DNA from: an uncultured Clostridia bacterium
Lineage (GTDB): Bacteria > Bacillota > Clostridia > Christensenellales > CAG-917
Direction: 5' to 3'
DNA: 64,000 nt
NCBI GenBank assembly: GCA_944332995.1
Contig: CALVKR010000004.1
Span: 24,504 to 88,503, forward strand
Both the position numbers and the translations under genes were made by a program. Shown here in pieces: positions 59,985 through 64,000 of this stretch. The notes beneath the pieces are model-generated. The model ran no database searches and was not told where the DNA came from. It saw only the letters and a list, made by a program, of their open reading frames with translations. How positions within the stretch are numbered: the stretch's first letter is position 1; each line of letters begins with the position of its first letter.

Positions 59985-60616
59985 TCGGGAGTGCCCAGCC
60001 TTGATAGAGGTATTTCCTCTTTTAAGGCGTCAAGCTCCGCCTTGGAATATCCGCTTAGCATATCCGTTTCGATAACGCCCGGCGATACCACGTTTACGTT
60101 GATATTTGACGGCGCAACTTCTTTGGCTATCGACTTGCAAAAGCCTATGACAGCCGCCTTGGACGCAGAGTAGTCCGATTCTAAACTCGCCCCCGTTTCT
60201 CCCCACATGGAAGATATGGCGATAATTTTTCCGCTCTTGCGCGATATCATTGCGGGCAAAATTTCTTTTGTCACGTTGAATACGCCGTAAAAATTTACGT
60301 CCATCGTTCTTTTTATATCGTCCGACGTCATATCGCAAAGCATTTTCGGGCTGGATATACCGGCATTTAATACGGCAACGTCGATTTTTCCGAAACGCCT
60401 TATGACGGCGGCAACCGCCTCTTTCACGCTGTCGGGGTCGGAAACGTCGCACTTTACGGCAAATATCGCCCCTTTAGAGCTCAGTTCGTTTTCAAGCGAA
60501 ACCGCCCTTTTTTCGCTTGAAAGATAGCCAAAAGCCACGTTGTATCTGCCTATTGCGCGCCTGACCGTCGCTTCGCCTATTCCTCTTGCTCCGCCCGTTA
60601 TGAATATGGTTTTCAT
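59894..60616 (-). CDS. SDR-family oxidoreductase (FabG-like)
   Basis: TGGARGIG cofactor motif, NAG, and catalytic S..YSASK. 240 aa. AAGGAG RBS. Confidence 0.88.
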   Translation of the reverse strand: MKTIFITGGARGIGEATVRRAIGRYNVAFGYLSSEKRAVSLENELSSKGAIFAVKCDVSDPDSVKEAVAAVIRRFGKIDVAVLNAGISSPKMLCDMTSDDIKRTMDVNFYGVFNVTKEILPAMISRKSGKIIAISSMWGETGASLESDYSASKAAVIGFCKSIAKEVAPSNINVNVVSPGVIETDMLSGYSKAELDALKEEIPLSRLGTPDDVADAVMCFADGLDYVTGEVLRVNGGFIC

Positions 60617-60736
60617 TTTTGCTCCTTGTTAATGACATTTCAACCGATTGAAAATGCATACGTATGGCAAGCCGAGCTTTAAGCCTTGCCAGCCTCCGCC
60701 GCTGTTTAGAATATTTCGTGCTCCCCTTTTACGGAA

Positions 60737-60759
60737 AATGCTACCGATACGGTAGCATT
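60737..60759 (-). terminator. Probable terminator after the DUF5050-like lipoprotein gene
   Basis: aatgctaccg-ata-cggtagcatt with a short T run on the reverse strand. Confidence 0.55.
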
Positions 60760-60784
60760 TGCCTCGTCTGTAGTTAGCGTTTTG

Positions 60785-62236
60785 TTATTCTTGTTCCGCT
60801 TTTTCTTTCGCTTCTTTATCCGCTTTGGTCATCTGACCTATAAACGTGGTTTCGTCAACGGTATTGCCGTCAAACGAAGCGAGGTTATAAGCGTGAACAT
60901 AATTATAATCGTTGCTGTCGAAATAGTAGACCGTGGTTTGGTCGCCGTCCGTTATAAAATCGAACGAAAGCCAGGAAACGTTAAACGTTGCCGTTATCAC
61001 TTCAACGGCATTGGGGCTCGTGCCCTCTGTCGGACGGAGATTTATGCGGTAAAGCGCTTTGGGTTCGCTTGACGCACAGTAGTAAACGTAAAGGTTGCCG
61101 TCTGCGCCCTTTGATACGTTTTTAATGCTATACGACGACGAATTGAGAATTTTGTTTGCGTCGACGTAAACGTTTTCGATGTCGCCCGTTCCGTCCAAAA
61201 GATACGTTGACGAAGTGGTGCTGTCCGAAACGAGAGCGCCGTCTTCATAGCTGACGGGATAGATGGAAGTCTGATTGACCGAGGTCAGACGTTTTTCCGT
61301 ATCGACGCTCCAGGACAGCGAAGTATCTACTTTGTTGACGAAAAGTCCTTTTGACGCACCCTCTTCACTCTTGGTGTAATAGAGCGTCATTTGACTGTCG
61401 TTTTCCAATACTCCGTCGATTAACGTAACGGTTGTTGCAGCTGTATAAGTATCTAACGTTGCAAGTTTCGTAACTTTTCCCGTATCGTATTTTACGGCGA
61501 AAAGCTCGTTGTAATTTTTATAAGTTTCCTTTACCGATTTGGTATAGAAGATATAATCACCCAACGTGGCCAAGCCGTTCCAATCGCTGTCCGGCTCGAA
61601 AACGATACTTGTGACGTTTTCCGCAATCTTTCTCGTGACAACGTCGCCGCTGACCTTAGAAATTTCTTTCGTTTCCTTAAGAGAAGTAAAATCTATCGTG
61701 GTGATTGTGTTATTGCTGTATACCACGATTCTTTTGGGCATAAACCAATACTGCAACGACCTCGATGAAGCGGTGAACAGCAGCTGAGTGATAGTTCCGT
61801 CAAGGCTGGTCCTCATAAAGTCGAGGTTGGTGGTAGATGCGGTGCCCGTCCTATCCTCGTCGTTGTTGGGCGAGGCATAGTATATCCAATTTCCGTATAC
61901 GGCAAAACCGCTTGACGTGTTTGTCCAATAAACCTGTTTGGGGACGACAAGTTTTGCCGTGCCCTCGAAAGTGCCGTCCTCGTTTTGCTTTATCCTGCAA
62001 ATACCGTTTTTCGTCACGGTGCCAAAGGTATTATCTATGCTCGAGGAGCTGTCATAACCGTTTATGAAATATACCCAATCGCCCTGTTTTACGGCAAAAC
62101 CTCCGTTGGACATAACGTTGCCGTTTTTATCGCCGCCGCTTATCGGACCCCACTCGTATTCGTTGCAAGCCGCAAACACGAAAAGGGATAGCACCGCCAC
62201 GACAAGGGCCAATATAATCAAAACCTTTTTTTTCAT
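60785..62236 (-). CDS. Lipoprotein with DUF5050-like beta-propeller repeats
   Basis: Lipobox FAAC. Reiterated blade motifs GDWVYFIN, GNWIYYAS and GDYIFYTK. AAGGAG RBS. Confidence 0.7.
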   Translation of the reverse strand: MKKKVLIILALVVAVLSLFVFAACNEYEWGPISGGDKNGNVMSNGGFAVKQGDWVYFINGYDSSSSIDNTFGTVTKNGICRIKQNEDGTFEGTAKLVVPKQVYWTNTSSGFAVYGNWIYYASPNNDEDRTGTASTTNLDFMRTSLDGTITQLLFTASSRSLQYWFMPKRIVVYSNNTITTIDFTSLKETKEISKVSGDVVTRKIAENVTSIVFEPDSDWNGLATLGDYIFYTKSVKETYKNYNELFAVKYDTGKVTKLATLDTYTAATTVTLIDGVLENDSQMTLYYTKSEEGASKGLFVNKVDTSLSWSVDTEKRLTSVNQTSIYPVSYEDGALVSDSTTSSTYLLDGTGDIENVYVDANKILNSSSYSIKNVSKGADGNLYVYYCASSEPKALYRINLRPTEGTSPNAVEVITATFNVSWLSFDFITDGDQTTVYYFDSNDYNYVHAYNLASFDGNTVDETTFIGQMTKADKEAKEKAEQE

Positions 62237-62276
62237 TTAGCTTCTCCTTAAAGAAACATTTTCACACATTTAGTAT

Positions 62277-62305
62277 AGTATATAATATAAAAGCGAATTT
62301 AGCAA
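62277..62305 (-). promoter_or_regulatory. Candidate promoter for the DUF5050-like lipoprotein gene
   Basis: Reverse strand TTGCTA (62300-62305) - 17 nt - TATACT (62277-62282). Confidence 0.45.
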
Positions 62306-62333
62306 ATATATTTACGCTTTTTTTGAGGTGCCT

Positions 62334-62549
62334 ATGTTTTTCGAGTTTTTCAGACAAAACAGTATAGTTCAAAACAACGGAGTGTCAAATTTCGACTCGG
62401 ACGCACAAAACGTCGGACAAAACCTCAGCGGCTCTTTTTCGGAATCGAAAAACAAAAAGGCAAACTCCGACACGGTACGTCATAAATATCTCGAAGCCGT
62501 GGCAAGGCACCGCCGCCTGTCCGAGGAAATAGACAAACAGAACGCCTGA
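62334..62549 (+). CDS. Hypothetical small protein (71 aa)
   Basis: ATG 62334 has GAGG 5 nt upstream. N/S/Q-rich N-terminal half and a basic helical C-terminus (RHKYLEAVARHRRLSEEIDK). No family recognised. Confidence 0.35.
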   Translation: MFFEFFRQNSIVQNNGVSNFDSDAQNVGQNLSGSFSESKNKKANSDTVRHKYLEAVARHRRLSEEIDKQNA

Positions 62550-62690
62550 CAAAGCGCCCGATTATCTTTGACCTTTTCAGCTTATTTTTAGCCTATAAAA
62601 ATTAAAGCATTATTAAGAGCGTTAAACCTTTTTGCCTTGTCACGTTTAAATTTAAATTGTTTGACAAAAAATTATCTGCCTAAAATAAAA

Positions 62691-62713
62691 AGAGAGAAGC
62701 CGTGCTTCTCTCT
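62691..62713. terminator. Bidirectional intrinsic terminator
   Basis: agagagaagc-cgt-gcttctctct flanked by A and T runs. Lies downstream of upp (-) and of the small + strand ORF. Confidence 0.75.
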
Positions 62714-62772
62714 TTAAAATTTCTGTGACGCCCCATAAATATATTTGCAAAAGGGGCTAAATGACCTGCGGA

Positions 62773-63423
62773 CTATTTCGTTCCGAACAGCCTGTCGCCT
62801 GCATCGCCGAGTCCCGGGAGTATATATCCGTGCTCATTTAACTGCCTGTCGCAGGTGGCAACGTATATCTCTACGTCGGGGTGCGCTTCGGCAAGCGCCC
62901 TTATTCCCTCGGGGGCGCCTATAATGGACATTTGTTTAATACGCTTACAGCCTTTCTTTTTGAGGAAGTCTATTGCGGCGATTGCGCTTCCGCCCGTTGC
63001 GAGCATCGGGTCGAGAACTACCGCTATGCTGTTTTCGATACCCTCGGGGAGCTTGCAATAATACTCTTTGGGCTCTAAGGTTTCCTCGTCACGGTACATA
63101 CCTATATGTCCCACTCTTGCCGTCGGGAAAAGCGAATGGACGCCGTTTACCATACCGAGTCCCGCTCTCAAAATGGGAACGATTGTCACGGCGTTATCCA
63201 CAACGACGCTCTGTTCCGTTTCCTCGAGCGGAGTTTTGACGATAACCTTTTTGGTGGGAACGTCCTTTAAGCTCTCATACGTCATGAGCGTGGTGATTTC
63301 CTCTACGAGCTCTCGGAATTGTTTTGTTGTCGTCTTTTCGTCACGAAGTATGGCTACCTTGTGGCGAATGAGCGGATGATCGAATATAGTTACGTTTTTG
63401 TACTTTTCCATAATGTCCGTCAT
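62773..63423 (-). CDS. upp: Uracil phosphoribosyltransferase
   Basis: IFDHPLIRHKVAILRD, PRPP loop VVLDPMLATGGSA, and YILPGLGDAGDRLFGT. AAGGAGG RBS. Confidence 0.95.
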   Translation of the reverse strand: MTDIMEKYKNVTIFDHPLIRHKVAILRDEKTTTKQFRELVEEITTLMTYESLKDVPTKKVIVKTPLEETEQSVVVDNAVTIVPILRAGLGMVNGVHSLFPTARVGHIGMYRDEETLEPKEYYCKLPEGIENSIAVVLDPMLATGGSAIAAIDFLKKKGCKRIKQMSIIGAPEGIRALAEAHPDVEIYVATCDRQLNEHGYILPGLGDAGDRLFGTK

Positions 63424-63445
63424 AATGCCTCCTTATCCTGTTTAA

Positions 63446-64000
63446 TTATTCTTCTGTATTTTCCGTCTTCTTTTTAGCACGTTTCGGCTTTACGGTCTCG
63501 GCTGGTATTTCCTCTTTCGCCGTTTCAGATGTCTGTTGCTCTTCGACAAAAGTTTCCGCAGAAGCGTCGGCTGTCGCATCGGCTGTCTTGTCGGCTGTCG
63601 CCTCACTCTCCTGCACCGCATTTTCGTTCGCTTCCGCTTTGACGTCTTCCGAGATTTCGGCTCCGCCCTCGGGCGAGCCCTCCTCGCTTATTTCAAACGA
63701 GGCGTTGGGAGCAACGGCGCCCGTGATAAGACTTTCTACCTCGTCGCCCGAAGGAGCGGCGTCTTCGTCTTTATTCTGCTTCTTTTCGACGGCGTTTATT
63801 ATCGCATGCGTGATAATACCCAAAATGAGAGCCGTGGCGATTGAGGTGATGGATATAAAGTTTGTTACAAGTCCGTTGTCGGCAATCTGATAAGGGATTT
63901 TAATTACGAGTCCGCCGATACCCGCTATAAGGATAGCGGAAACGACAAACAAGTTCTTGTTTTCGCCGAGGTCGATATCTTTGAACATCTTAAGTCCGGA
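63446..64000 (-). CDS. pyrP: Uracil/xanthine (NCS2) permease, C-terminal part; the 5' end lies beyond the right edge
   Basis: The frame is open to the window edge. ..DLGENKNLFVVSAILIAGIGGLVIKIP.. parallels the last helices of UraA/PyrP. Followed by a ~100-aa acidic low-complexity tail. Lies 22 nt upstream of upp. Confidence 0.6.
   Translation of the reverse strand, partial: SGLKMFKDIDLGENKNLFVVSAILIAGIGGLVIKIPYQIADNGLVTNFISITSIATALILGIITHAIINAVEKKQNKDEDAAPSGDEVESLITGAVAPNASFEISEEGSPEGGAEISEDVKAEANENAVQESEATADKTADATADASAETFVEEQQTSETAKEEIPAETVKPKRAKKKTENTEE

Overview
This 64-kb window looks like a chromosomal segment of a spore-forming Firmicutes (Clostridia-like) bacterium. The lineage call rests on cwlD, veg and a LysM/DUF3794-type gene, on Bacillus-like gene order (ecfA1-ecfA2-ecfT-truA-rplM-rpsI; glgBCDAP), on standard genetic code usage, and on moderate GC as judged by eye. 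The window is almost entirely coding and most genes are on the minus strand.

Gene content, left to right:
- rpoC (partial) and rpoB
- rqcP-ispF, convergent with ispD
- a BspA-type LRR lipoprotein
- rpsI-rplM-truA-ecfT-ecfA2-ecfA1
- pyruvate:ferredoxin oxidoreductase
- an isolated XRE regulator plus a SLOG/DUF1273 gene pair
- a glycogen/maltodextrin cluster (GPH-type transporter, GH13, glgP, glgA, glgD, glgC, glgB)
- ispE, a LysM protein and veg
- an S8 peptidase, gltX, radC, an M20 dipeptidase and cwlD
- a PRC-barrel-like protein and an M1 peptidase lipoprotein
- a frameshifted PNPOx/Nim-like gene
- lysS with a fused tRNA-binding domain, greA and an AmaP-like protein
- a glnN (GSIII) operon with an M28-like membrane protein and an orphan EIIC-like permease
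- a 980-aa lipoprotein, an SDR gene, a DUF5050-like lipoprotein, upp and a partial uracil permease

I recognised no rRNA, tRNA, CRISPR array, transposase or integrase. All family calls were made by eye from motifs, with no searches run.

I did not find a clear multi-gene novel system. The strongest leads are:
1. A 101-bp tandem triplication of the SDR gene 3' end, in which the genic copy differs from the downstream copies only at synonymous sites.
2. The repressor-gated XRE-SLOG module.
3. A DnaA-box cluster upstream of cwlD.
4. Two promoters whose -10 box lies 6 nt from the start codon (ecfA1 and ispE), predicting leaderless mRNAs.
5. Five helically phased T-tracts upstream of a perfect consensus promoter that drives the giant lipoprotein gene.
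6. The glnN / pseudo-M28 / EIIC operon.
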